Source: Mobula hypostoma
Lineage: Eukaryota
Length of the DNA: 64,000 nt
Direction of reading: 5' to 3'
Assembly: GCF_963921235.1 (NCBI RefSeq)
Contig: NC_086109.1
Span: 30,072,001 to 30,136,000, forward strand
Shown here piece after piece: positions 25,847 to 38,525 of the stretch. Numbering within the stretch: position 1 is the stretch's first letter; the number at the start of each line of letters is the position of its first letter. Below the pieces are notes generated by a model. The model ran no database searches and had not been told where the DNA came from. It saw only the letters and a list, made by a program, of their open reading frames with translations. The position numbers and the translations under genes were made by a program.

Positions 25847-27029
25847 CATCAAAGTTGCTGGTGAACGCAGCAGGCCAGGCTGCATCTCTAGGAAGAGGTA
25901 CAGTCGATGTTTTGGGCCGAGACCCTTCATCAGGACTAACTGAAAGAAGAGCTAGTAAGAGATTTGAAAGTGGGAGGGGGAGGGGGAGATCCAAAATGAT
26001 AGGAGAAGACAGGACGGGGAGGGATGGAGCCAAGAGCTGGACAGTTGATAGGCAAAAGGGATATGAGAGGATCATGGGACAGGAGGCTTAGGGACAAAGA
26101 AAAGGGGGAAGGGGGAAAACCCAGAGGATGGGCAAGGGGTATAGTGAGAGGGACAGAGGGAGAAAAAGGAGTGAGAGAAAAAGAATGTGTGTGTATATAA
26201 ATAAATAACGGATGGGGTGCAAGGGGGAGGTGGGGCATTAACGGAAGTTAGAGAAGTGAATGTTCATGCCATCAGGTTGGAGGCTACCCAGACGGAATAT
26301 ACAGTGTTGTTCCTCCAACCTGAGTGTGGCTTTATCTTTACAGTGGAGGAGGCCGTGGATAGACATATCAGAATGGGAATGGGACGTGGAATTAAAATGT
26401 GTGGCCAGTGGGAGATCCTGCTTTCTCTGGCAGACAGAGCGTAGGTGTTCAGCGAAGTGATCTCCCAGTCTGCGTTGGGTCTCGCCAATATATAGAAGGC
26501 CACACTCAGGTTGGAGGAACAACACGTTATGTTCTGTCTGAGTAGCCTCCAACCTGATGGCATGAACATTGACTTCTCTAACTTCTGCTAATGCCCCACC
26601 TCCCCCTCGTACTCCATCCGTTATTTATTTATATACACACATTCTTTTTCTTTTTCTCTCTCTCCTTTTTCTCCCTTTGTCCCTCTCACTATACCCCTTG
26701 CCCATCCTCTGGGTTTCCCCGCCTCCCCCTTTTCTTTCTCCCTGGGACTCCTGTCTCATGATCCTCTCATATCCCTTTTGCCAATCAACTGTCCAGCTCT
26801 TGGCTCCATCCCTCCCCCTCCTGTCTTCTCCTATCATTTTGGATCTCTCCCTCCCCCTCCCACTTTCAAATCTCTTACTAGCTCTTCCTTCAGTTAGTCC
26901 TGACAAAGGGTCTAGGCCCGAAACGTGGACTGTACCTCTTCCTAGAGATACTGCCCAGCCTGCTGCGTTCACCAGCAACTTTGTGTGTTGCTTGAATTTC
27001 CAGCATCTGCAGAATTCCTCGTGTTTGCA
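25847..27029. mobile_element. Penelope-like fold-back insertion (minus arm 25847-26505 with GIY-YIG fragment, plus arm 26499-27029)
   Basis: ORF 26238-26552 contains CGLLYIGETQRRLGDHFAEH (GIY-YIG). Inverted arms and a 14-bp TSD TGTAAGATATCACA (25833-25846, 27030-27043). The hammerhead copies at 25902-25937 (-) and 26896-26931 (+) have core mutations. Confidence 0.88.
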
Positions 27030-27878
27030 TGTAAGATATCACAAACTGTTTTGAAATTAGTGATTAGATTAATATATTTTCGCATTTTTGGTTCATGGAT
27101 AGATATTGAACAGAACTGTCATGACATCTTCTTACTGAAAGGGCAGGTAAAGTCCTTTCTTCAACTCTTCATGTGAAAGATGCATCATTCAGTACGTCAG
27201 CACCGATGACTGCTTCATAATGTCAGTCTGCCTAGTGTGTGAAGATATTGGAGAAGGAATTGAGCGTGGACCTTGGACTCAGATGTGAAATTTCTAACAT
27301 TGAATTAAGAAATATGTTCCTTGTCTTTGAGGGACCTACCTTCAATCTGTTTGTAATTTAATAAAATAATCATAATTTAATAAATTATTTAAAAAGTAAT
27401 ACTGTCAGGAGACTTACCTGGATAGTTACAAATTATTTATCACACCTTAATTTTGTTTGTTAAATCAACAACTATAAGAAGTAATTTGACCTTTAACATA
27501 TGTCACATTGCACAGATTAACCAGACTTGATGATTTTACTTTTTATCTCAAGAATTAAATTCTGATTATTAACTGAGTGAATAAAAGGGATTAAGCTGAC
27601 AGCTGATGAATTGCCATATTAACTTAGTTGTTCAATAATTTCAATTATGATCAGTTTGAACCTTTGTATAATGTTTCACATTAATGTTTATCAATTCCAC
27701 TGAGCTGGTTCTCTTAGTACCATGTGATTTTTAAGTAAGCACACTTAAAATCTAACCAGATAAGGGAAAGAAAAGCAATTAAGGATTCAACTTAACAACC
27801 TTCTTGAAAAATGAAATGCAACAAATAATAATCTTTTTGTTGCTGTGATAGAATCTAATTTTACCTTTCTGTTCACAG

Positions 27879-27944
27879 ATTCACATTGACATTCCTCGAA
27901 CTAATCCTCTCATTCCTCTCTTTCAACAACCTTCTGTTCAAGAG
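27879..27944 (+). CDS. TBC1D22B: TBC1D22B coding exon (66 nt, phase 0-0) with the IxxDxxR arginine-finger motif
   Basis: Pyrimidine tract and CAG acceptor, GTGAGA donor. Translates IHIDIPRTNPLIPLFQQPSVQE, in frame with the previous exon. Confidence 0.93.
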
Positions 27945-29859
27945 GTGAGAATGCCAAATATACACTTTATAATTAATATTACTTGGTATAAGATTAAAAC
28001 TAAACCCCCAGAAGTGGTTTGAGGTCAGTTGTTCATTAGACCACTTTTAAAAACTATGGCCTCATTATATTTAATGTATAGGATACTTACCTTAAATAAT
28101 GTAAAATAAAAAAGAAATACTTTGGGGGGAGAACTATCATATGTTGGAATCTTGTGGCAATCCCTCATGGATCAGTTTGTCAGAAAAGAGTGAGTGTACC
28201 TGTGCCATCACGTACTGGCTTTGCACTTGAATATCAACTTACCATGGAAACTGGAGAACAGTAGAATGCAGGTGTACTCTATATTGTTTCATCTCCATTG
28301 GAACTAGCACAAAACAAAAATTGAAACAGAAAATATTGTAAATTCTCACCTAATTAGTTATCATCTGTGGAGGTAGAAATAAAACTAATTTCACAGGCTA
28401 GTGACCTTGCATAAGAGCTCTCATGAACATTGATTAACCTAAGACATTAAGTCTGTTTCTGTCTTCATAGATATTGCCTGATCTGGTGAGTATTTGTAGC
28501 ATTCTTTGGTTATACTATTTATTCAGATTTTCTTATGTCAGACTTAGAGCTGGAAAAGGAGCCTTGTATGGAGTGTGAGGATAGACTTACAAACTTCTCA
28601 GCTGTTCTCATATATTAGCACATTGTCAAGCACAACTTCCCTAGTCTAATAAAGATGCATGCAATTTTGTTTTTCTTTTCTAAAACAGTTAAGCTACCAC
28701 TTCCTATGCTTTTAATTTCCAAAGTATTATTCTAGATTGCAAGGGCTGCATGATATTCTGATGCACCAGCCAATATTTGATACTTTTTCCATTATTACTG
28801 TTGTCTTGAGTCTATTATTTCCTTAGGCAAGTACTGCTTTTCTTTCCAAGGCAGTCATTATCACACCACTTTCTGAAGGTGCTTCACTGATGCTATTTTT
28901 TTCAGTCGTTTTTTAAAAAAGTAATATATTTTACCTCAGATCTTTACAACTGTAAAAAAAATAGTTCAAGGTGGTCTTTTATTCCTTATATAGGCACCAA
29001 ATGCCATAATTAAAAAGCAGACTCCCAGGTACAGGAACTTGAAAGGATCCTGAATTGCATGGAAGCAATTATTACTGCCTTACTTTTTCAGTCCCTAAAG
29101 TGTCTTCCAGGGAAGTATCTGAATTATTTGAAAGCGGTATTTATGTTGTATTGCTTCACTCATATAGAGTTCAGCTTTGAGTAAAGTTAAATATATTTTA
29201 AAAAACTGAGTTCTTGATATTGATTACAAATCAGAATTTGTATTGATAATTTGCTGGAAAAAAATCAGTGTGAAATGCCAGTCACACACTTGATTAATTT
29301 CTGGTATGTCTGGTATTCTGTCCTCGTAGCATGAGAACATGTCTGCTCTTAAGTCTCCTGGATTCTTCCTCAATTCAGGATTTCTAAAGCTTTCATACAG
29401 AATCCAACATTTATTGTACAGAGAATGGCAACATAACATTGTCCATCAAACAAATTTATGAGCTCTACACAGCCTTCTTTAAAGATGTCTGAGAAATTAT
29501 ATTAGCTGCTGCCACAAGCTGAGGAAGTACATTCCAATTTGTACTGATTTATTTTCCATACATACAATTATCCTTGGATATTTGGGAGAATATCATTGTG
29601 GAATTGCTTATGTGCAGAAAATGTGGTTTTGGAATAATATTTTACAATGATATTTAATGAGCCAAGAGAGAAAAAATAAAAAGTAGATTGCTGTGCTGTT
29701 CTCAGACCCTATTGGCAAAGAGAGACAGCTTTAAAATCAGGAATAGATGAGTGATGATGGCAGTAATCAGGAGAGAGGGGAGAATATAATCTCTGGATAT
29801 AAACATAAACATGCATTTGCACAAACACAGGTAAGAGATGAATAAAAATAGACTATAAC

Positions 29860-31140
29860 TGCAACTAGATGTAATCTAAAAATTGCAGATATTGAAACTT
29901 TGCAATAAAAAGGTAAAATGCTGGAACTCTGAAAATCAGGATGCATGTGTTAAAAGAGTTAAGTTTCAGGTCAGTGAACTATTGTTAGGATTGAGTAAAA
30001 AACATTGTAAGTTCTAAGTTTAACAAAGAGAATATTTCTGATGGGGCAGGACTAGGTTTGCCTTGGGATAAACTGTTGAGGTTATCTAGCTGGTAGGATA
30101 ATGAGAGCAATTACAGAGAGAGGCATTACAAACAAAGAAGCATAAAAGCTGTGCATTTAAGAAATGCCATATTGGTCACATTTTGCCACTAAGTTGACAA
30201 CAAAAGCACTGAGCTAGTTTTACAGATAGATCCATAGCAGAACTGCCCAGTTCTTAAACAGAGAAAATACGTTAGTGGAATTCAATATCATTCCTTGGGT
30301 CTGTGATATCCTCAGATTGAAGATGAAGTTCCTCAAGTTTACCTTTGGCCTTTTTATAACAGTGCAGGAGGCCAAAGATAGACTGGCTGGAATGGACACA
30401 AGATAGAGAATTAAATCAGCAAGCAACTGGAAGTTTGTGGTTTTCCGTGAGGACTGAAGCACTTTACCAAGTGGTCACCCCAATGTAAAGGAATCCAGAT
30501 TGTGTGAACTGAATATTGTACAGTTGTTTGGAAGAAGTGCAAGCGAATCATTGCTTCATCTGGAAGAGCTATTTAGAACCCTGGAATGTGGGAAGAAAAT
30601 GGGTGCAATGTTACATTTCTTGTAGTTGCTCCGGGAAGTGCCATGAGAAGGGCAAGTGGCAATGGAACACAGGGAATGATTGCTTTGGAATATTGGGGGT
30701 GGGGGGGGGGGAAGATGTCGATGGATTGTCAGAGCAGTTAGTGGAAATCGTAACGAATAACTCATTGAATGTAGTCTCTGGTGGGTTAGAAATTGAAGAC
30801 CAGAAGAACCTTGCTTTGTTTATATTGTGATCAGAGGTGCACAGAGCAGCTTCATTTGCAATCAAAGGGTCTTTTAACAGTGGTAGATAGGAAACCATGA
30901 TCTGGGAGAAGAAAGTCACCTTGAAGGCACCAGATATGATAGAGGTAGAGGAACCTCAAGAATGGAAAGTGATTCTTGCAGGAGGCAAGATGGATAGAAT
31001 TATATAATCAAGGTACCTGTGGGAGCCTAAATGCTTTCTGGTATATAGTGCGTTTGTCCCTTGCCTCTTCCCTGTGATGGAACTGGAAAGATGCAAAAAG
31101 GGAAAGGAAGATGATAATGTTAGACCATCTCAAAGGTTAG
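29860..31140 (-). mobile_element. Highly decayed Penelope-like element
   Basis: Loose similarity to the GIY-YIG region and terminus of the younger copies (e.g. 30280-30600, 29880-29960). Confidence 0.4.
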
Positions 31141-33559
31141 AAGGTGGAAATTTGTAGCAAAAGTGACATTTTAAAGGTCTATTTAAAGATGTCTAAATGT
31201 TCTGACATAGAATTCTGCATTTAGGTGACAACATATACATGATACAGACTGTTGTCTTTCAAATTTTATCCTGCTCTATGTTGAGTAATTCCAAGTTCAG
31301 TGTTCTGTGAATATAATATTGGCTTCTCTATAATTGCTTTAAAATCCTGATACATATGATTATATCATATAATCAAATGGTATAATCTGTGCTACCTTGA
31401 ACTAAAAATCATTTTGTAATGGCTGTTGTGGCATTTACTTGGAAATTAGAAGTAGAGAGGATCTGTCCCAATCTCCTCAAAATGCTTTTGATTCAAATTA
31501 CCAAAACGTTGATATCTTCCTTATACAAAAGGAGGTAAATTATAGAATACACTTCTCTTATTTCAAGCAAGAACAATATGCCTGCAGGGTAACTATAAAT
31601 GCTCTTAAAACATGGGATAATATTTTGTTGAGAGGGAATTTTGTTGGCATGAATTAATTTAATTAATGTACACCAAGCATGGTCAAAATTGTTTCAACAA
31701 TATTGGAAGTCTTAAATTATGTAAAATCATTGTAATTTGACTTGTCAAAATGTCATACAAAATAAAAATTGTTATGTCTTGAAGAGTAATTTATCTAGAT
31801 CTACTCAGCAAGGTTATAGGGAAGGAAATAATTATATTTAATTAATATCCATTTTAAAAATGAAATAAAGTGAATTATCATACAGATATTTCAGTTTGTG
31901 GCATGATGTATTTGCCCCTTAGGCTGAAGAGAATATGAAGACTTTTAATCAATTATTTTGAAAATAGTCATCTAAAATTTTAAAAAGTTGTAGGAAAGTA
32001 CAAAATGTTAAACTAAAATTAAGGTTTAGAATCAACTATTTCCCAGCTAATTTCTGCTTGACCAGATTCTTACATTTTTACTTTTGTTTTTTATGTTTTT
32101 CATATGTATTCATTTGGCAACCTTCTGGTGCTAATTTTGCCCAGATTAAATTGTCAATAGCAGAGAAATGGACATTTGGCTGGTTTGTCGAACTATATGA
32201 TCGTTTTCAAAATTTAACAGAAATGGAAAGATGGGAAGCAAATGCAATTAATAAGAGACATGAAATGACGTTTAATTTTAGTATTCATCAGAGGAGCAAT
32301 TGTTTTTAGCAAGTAGCTATAATAAGTTCAGCAGTTAAAATAGTCTGTTTTACAACTCATTTAAATTAAATTTTTGCTTCTTTTCTGTATTCCCACTCTT
32401 TTGCAAAGCTATTCATATCTAGAAGTCATCTTTGAATGGCCTATTTTTGGTCATGGATCTTTTTAGCTCTGGAAGCAATGTGATGCTGTGTGATCTTCAG
32501 GGAGGAGGTATACATCATGCAGCTGGCTGGTATAGTTAGTATTTTCACTTGAGTTGCTGCACACATCCTGACATACAATCTTTTGCACCTGCATCTGGGA
32601 GATTCAAGTGTATGGTGGATGTGGAACGTAATAAGTTCTTGATGTGAAATAACAGTTCTTGACATTTCAGTTTTAAAATAAAGCTTCAGCTCCTAATCTT
32701 CATTGACAGTAATCAAGATTAAATTGCTTGGTAATAACAAATATCAGATAGGCATAGCCTCTGTCCTGCTAGGCCGAGGATGAATAGTTTACATGCATAA
32801 ATGTTAAATTGTTAAATTGATCTTTTTGTTACAACGTTAAAATGTTCAACAGTTACATATTTAGTGTGTCGATTAAGTGACTCTTAACCGCAGAACCAAG
32901 CGGTAAACTTTATCTACTATTATGTTTGTGCAGTTTAGAGTAGTGCTTGTCACACTTTGTAATACTTCACAGGTAAAATGTTTGTGGCATTATCCTAATG
33001 GGCTAAATTGATCACCATCTGTCGAGGCCAGCACATTTTTGCATTAATGAGGACTGAATGTTATAAAAGACACTTATCAAGAATGATGTGTTAAAATGAA
33101 AAAATTGCTGATACTGGAAAGCATAGCAGTTTTTGTAAAGGTAATTTATTTCATGTTTGTTCAATTATCTATGAAGTATGTTAAGTATTTTTAATATTGA
33201 AGCTAACAATGACCAGAAAGTGAACAAATTAAGTGACTAATTTCTAATATTCCTTGGTGGTCCTTTATTTCATGAGAAGAATTTCTGCATCCTGTATCCT
33301 TTCAGGGAGTGTGGTCCAAATCCTAATCGCCCAAACCCATCAACCAACCCCTCGCTAAGGGGAATAAGTTCCTCATAGATACTCTAAATTAAACTCATAG
33401 ACCTCAGTTATATTTTCCCCTCAGCCTTGTATTCCAAAGAAAATATTGTGAAATAATCTGATTTTTTGCGTCATTAATTTTTTCTATTCCTTGCAATATC
33501 CCCATTACTATGCTTCCTCACTTAATGATAATGGATTACCCATTTAAACTGGAGGTTTA

Positions 33560-34270
33560 ATTTTAATTTAATTCTAGCGATACAGCATAGTGAAGGCCTT
33601 TGCGACCCAAAGAATCCACAGTGCTTAATTCCATCCATGTGACCAATTAACCTGCTCACTCATGTGTCTTTGGACCATGGGAGGAAACTGGAACGCTTAG
33701 AGGAAACACATGTAATCATGGGAAGAACATACAAACTCTTTACAGACAGTGGCAAAATTGAACCCATTTTAATAGTGTTACACTAAAGCCCAATTTATAC
33801 TTCTGCGTCAAATGTACGCCATAGGTACCATATACCCTATGCCGTAGGGTGATGTGCACCCAAAAATGTAACTTGCGCATCGCGGCCTCACAGACCGTAA
33901 CAACAGTGATTGGTCCGCTTGGTAGCATCATATTTTCTCCTACACATTTCCGGTGGCTTTTCTCTGCCATGTCTGTACATTGATGCGAAATAAATGGTTC
34001 GAAATGATGAACCAAATTGTCAAATCTACTTGCCTACATCCAAAAATATTTGAAATGCATTTCCTCGTCCTTGTCTCTCACGAAGAAACTCAACACAGTG
34101 GCATAGAAATCCCACCGCCAACTAGTGTTATGGTGGTGAATTGCAGAGCGACGCAGACACAACAACGCATGCTCGCTATGGCGTAGGACTACGCAGTAGT
34201 ATAAATCAGACCTACGGCGCAGCCCGTACACACAAGAATAAATCAGGCTTAACTGCTACACTACCATTCT
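33560..34270 (-). mobile_element. tRNA-derived V-domain-type SINE, interrupted by a Harbinger MITE
   Basis: GGAGGAAACTGGA..GAGGAAACACA..AGAACATACAAACTC..ATTGAACCC is the reverse complement of the SINE at 63350. Confidence 0.65.
33787..34249. mobile_element. PIF/Harbinger-like MITE
   Basis: Imperfect TIRs AGCCCAATTTATACTTCTGCGT / ACACACAAGAATAAATCAGGCT and a TAA TSD on both sides. Confidence 0.65.
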
Positions 34271-34489
34271 TCCACTAGAGCATACAAAAATCATTAGTCT
34301 AAATCTTTCTCAAACGGCAGTGGAACAGAATCTGAATATTTTAACGAGAGTTGGCTCAGTACTGAATAAACAGGAAAAACGTTGCAGCAGGTAGATGGAA
34401 ATGTGGAGATGAGGATGCAGTCAGCTTAGCCATACTGGTCTTAAGTTGCAGACCTCAGCTATGGTTGTATCTTACAGGTGTTCAAATCA

Positions 34490-35008
34490 TTGATTAGGCT
34501 TCACTTGGGATATTTTGTGCAATTCTGGTTGCAATGCCATAGGAAGGATGTGATTAAATGAGAAGGGTGCAGAAAAGATTCACAGGAATGTTGCCTGGAC
34601 TGGAGGGATTGAATTATAAAAAGTGTTTGGATAGGCTGGGACTTTTCCCAGGAGCTAAGGAAGCTCAGGGAGTAAACTTTTAGAATTTTTGTATAATCAT
34701 GAGAGGCATAGATTGGGTAGATGGTCTTTTTCCCCCAGCATAGAATTTAAAATTAAAACTAGGTTTAAGATTTGGAGGGGAAAGATTTAAAGGGGATCTG
34801 AGAGGAAAGTTTCTCACACAGATGGTGGGTATATGGAATGGGCTGTCAAAAGAAGTGGCAGAGGCAGGTACATTTAAAATGTTTAAAGATATGATTCAGG
34901 AAGGTTTAGAGGAATATGGACTAAATGCAGGCAAATCAAATTTGTGCAGAAAGGCATTTCAGTTTGCACAAACAATTGGGTATAATGGCCTGTTTTTGTC
35001 CTGTATGA
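34490..35008 (+). mobile_element. Old CR1 3' fragment
   Basis: GTGCAATTCTGG..AGGAAGGATGTG..GTGCAGAAAAGATTCAC pattern of a CR1 RT C-terminus. Confidence 0.7.
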
Positions 35009-35795
35009 CAACGGTCCCCAACCACCAGGCTGCAAAGCATGTGCTACCGGGCCGCGAGGAAACGATATGAGTCAGCTGCACCTTTCCTCATTCCCTGTCA
35101 CGCACTGTTGAACTTGAACATAGGGTTGCCAACTGTCCCGTATTTGCCGTGACATCTCGTATATTGAGCTAAATTGGTTTGTCCCATACGGGACCGCCCT
35201 TGTCCCGTATTTGCCCCGCTAAGGTAGAGCGTTCCTATGAAACCTTTCGTGCCGAAATGGCGTGAAGCAAAGAAGCAATTAACATTAATTTATATGGGAA
35301 AAGTTTTTGAGCGTTCCCAGACCCAAAAAATAACCAAACAAATCATGCCAAGTAACACATAAAACCGAAAATAAATAACACTAACATATAGTAAAAGCAG
35401 GAATGATATGATAAATACACAGCCTATATGAAGTAGAAATAATGTATGCACAGTATAGTAGGGAAGATGAAAGCAAAACCGATTTGTGGGGGAAAAAATT
35501 GGCACGTATGCACAGGTGCACATCATATGCACGTGTCATGCATGCACACACAGGTGCCCACGCAAGGCTTCATGGTCATGGTAGTCTTTCCTGGGGTAAA
35601 GTGTCCCGGGATTTGACTGCTACTTTTGTCCCTTATTTGGGAGTGAGAAAGTCGGCAGCCCTAACTGTACAAGACATGTTGAGGTGAGTTTAACCCTACT
35701 TGAACACCCCACCTCCCCCCCACACGTCAGCCGATCCGTAAGAATATTGTTAATATTAAACCGGTCCGCGGTGCAAAAAAGGTTGGGGACCCCTG
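35009..35795 (+). mobile_element. Second copy of the hAT element family, containing a nested TAGGGTTG-ended hAT element
   Basis: Same TIRs and subterminal sequence as 8905-10115. TSD CTGTATGA/CTGTATAA. Internal TAGGGTTGCCAAC at 35121. Confidence 0.85.
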
Positions 35796-36698
35796 CTGTA
35801 TAACTCTATGAAGCTCATACTCCTTTGGTTCTATAATCTGTGTTTCAGTTTATAAAGGAAAACACCCTCTGAACCTTTCAGGTCCCCATTACCTATTTTG
35901 TTTCTCAGGATATACAGTATAGTCATACTATCATTGTAACAATAGTAACCTTGCACAATACAAGAGGAACCACAGATCTGGTCATTTGGTGTATGCATTT
36001 TGTTGAGCCAATCGTGCATAACTGTCATCAGAAGGATTATGATAGAATGTTTCTAAATGAGAATGCTACCTATATGTTTGTGTACAACACTTAATATCCT
36101 GCCGGATTTTGTTTATTTCCTTGCCCTGTTACACTTTCCAAACTGGATTACCTTATAATTTTTACAATTTCATTTGCATCTTTGTCCCAACTGAAGTCTA
36201 TGAGCTTTCCTCCTCATTCTCATTACTTGACCAATATTTGTATCAAACAGAAGGTATATATATACCTCTTTTGAATTACTCCTAATGCAACCTGCAGCAT
36301 GTAATTTGCTTTTAAGTAACATACTTTTGACCTGACTTAATGAACTACAGATTTCACTATCTTCTGAAGGACTCTGAGGACTTAACTCTCAACCGTGCAG
36401 GTACGGCTTCATTAAGCATACGGAGGTTCATCGCCAGGGACGGAAGCAAGTCAGGAGGGATGGACTTCAAGTCAGGCTGAACCACAGAGGAATGAGGCTC
36501 CCTCTACTCAGCATCTTATTAGCAAATATACAGTCGCTGGATAACAAAATTGAGGACTCAAGGTCAAGGGTAGTGTATCGTCAGGAAATGAGGATTTGTT
36601 GTGTTCTGTGTTTTACCGAGACATGGCTTACTCAGAGTATGCCAGATTCAGCGATCAGACCTGTAGCCTTCTCAATACACAGGAAGGACTGAACTGCG

Positions 36699-37472
36699 AA
36701 AATTGCAGAGATGCAAAAGGACTTGGGAGTCCTTGTGCACGATATCCTAAAGGTTAACCTCCAGGTTGAGTTGGTGGTGAAGAAGGTGAATGTAATGTTG
36801 GCATTCATTTCTGGAGGTATAGAATATAAGAGCAGGGATGTGATGTTGAGGCTTTATAAAGCACTCGTGAGACCACACTTGGAGTTTTGTGTGCGGTTTT
36901 GGGCTCCTTATTTTAGAAAGGATATATACTGACAGTAGAGAAGGTTTGCAGAAGGTTCACGAGAATGATTCCAAGAGTGAAAGGGTTACTGTATGAGGAA
37001 CATAAGGCAGCTCTTGAGCTGTATTCCCTGGAGTTCAGGAGAATGTGGGGGGATCTCATAGAAACATTCTGAATGTTAAAAGGACTGAACAGATTAGATA
37101 TAGCAAAGTTATTTCCCATGGTAGTGGAGTCTAGGACAAGGGCACGACTTCAGGATTGAAAGACATCTATTTAGAACAGAGATGCAGAGAAATTACTTTA
37201 GTCAGAGGGTGGTAAATCTGTGGAATTTGTTTCCCCGAGCGGCTGTGGAGGCCGAGTCATTGGGTGCATTTAACATAGAAAATCTACAACACAATACAGG
37301 CCCTTTTAAGGCAGAGATAGATGGGTTCTTGGTTAGCCGGGGCATCAAAAAGTATTGGGAAGAAGACAGGGGAGTGGGGATGACTGTAAGAATTGGATCA
37401 GCCAATGATTGAATAGGGAAGCAGACTCAATGGGCAGAATGGCCTACTTCTGCTCCTATATCTTATGGTCTT
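36699..37472 (+). mobile_element. CR1 3' fragment nested in the Rex-like LINE
   Basis: ORFs 36711-36932 and 37182-37412 match a CR1 RT C-terminus. TCTTATGGTCTT tail. Confidence 0.85.
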
Positions 37473-38406
37473 AAAAGACAAAAGGTAGAGGGGTGTGTTT
37501 CATTATAAAATCTCTGTGTGCTCAGAGATGTGGCAATTTTGTTGTACTCCTGTTCCTCTGACCTGGAGCACCTAATGATCAAATACTGACTGTTTGATTT
37601 ATCAGAGATTTCTCCTCCATGATCCTGACCACGGTTTACCAGCGGCAGACCATAATCAAGCACTTGAGATACTGCTTGATGCCGTCACCCAACAAGAACA
37701 GTCCATGCCAACGCAGTTCAAATCATAGTTGGGCGTTTCATCCAGGCTCATTTGAAGAAATCCTTGCCCAATTACCATCCGCATATAACCTGCAGCACTG
37801 GAGGTCCCAACACATTAGACCACTTCCATACCAAGGTGAGGAATGCCTGCTATTCCATATTCAGAGAGCTTTTCGGTAAATCTGACCACTTGGCCGTCCT
37901 TCTCATAGTGGCTTGCAGGCAGAAGCTAAAGAGCAAGGCTGCAAACATTAGGACATTAAAGAAATTGTTGCGGGAGGCTGAGGAGCATCTACGGATCTGC
38001 TTTGAGTCAGTGGTCTGAGCCGGTTTCAAGGACTCGTATGTGGATTTGTATGAATATACCATGGTTGTCATGGACTTTAAAAACAGTCATAGACGTGATT
38101 GTCCTCACAAAATCAGTCAGAATCTTTCCAACCAGAAGCCCTTGTTGAACCATGAGATCAGCTATCTGCTGAGAGCTAGATCAGAGGCATTGATGTCTGG
38201 CAGCCAAGAAAGATACAAGAGGTTCAGGTGCAGTCTTCAGAGAGCCATCTCTCAAGCGAAGTGGCAATCCCAGACTAAACTTGAATCTATGAAGGATGCT
38301 CGACAGCTGTGGTAAGGATTAAATGCTATCACCACTTACAATATTAAATCAAGCGACATAGCTGACAACAGGGCTTTGCTTTCAGATGAGCTCAGTGCCT
38401 TCTATC

Positions 38407-38525
38407 ACAAACAACAGAAAATCTGCAGATGCTTGAAATCAAAATAATACATCCAAAATGCTGGGGGAGCTCAGCAGGCATGGCAGGATCTATGGAAAAG
38501 AGTGAACAGTCACTGTTTCAGTTTG
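38407..38525 (-). mobile_element. Single-arm Penelope-like terminal fragment
   Basis: CACAAACAACAGAAAATCTGCAGATGC...AACAGTCACTGTTTCAG matches the long arm at 57290. Confidence 0.6.

Noticed and set aside
23121..27054. Cluster of Pro/Leu/Ser-rich and Gly/Arg-rich ORFs
   Set aside because: These are translations of the purine/pyrimidine-biased arms of the Penelope-like repeats on both strands.
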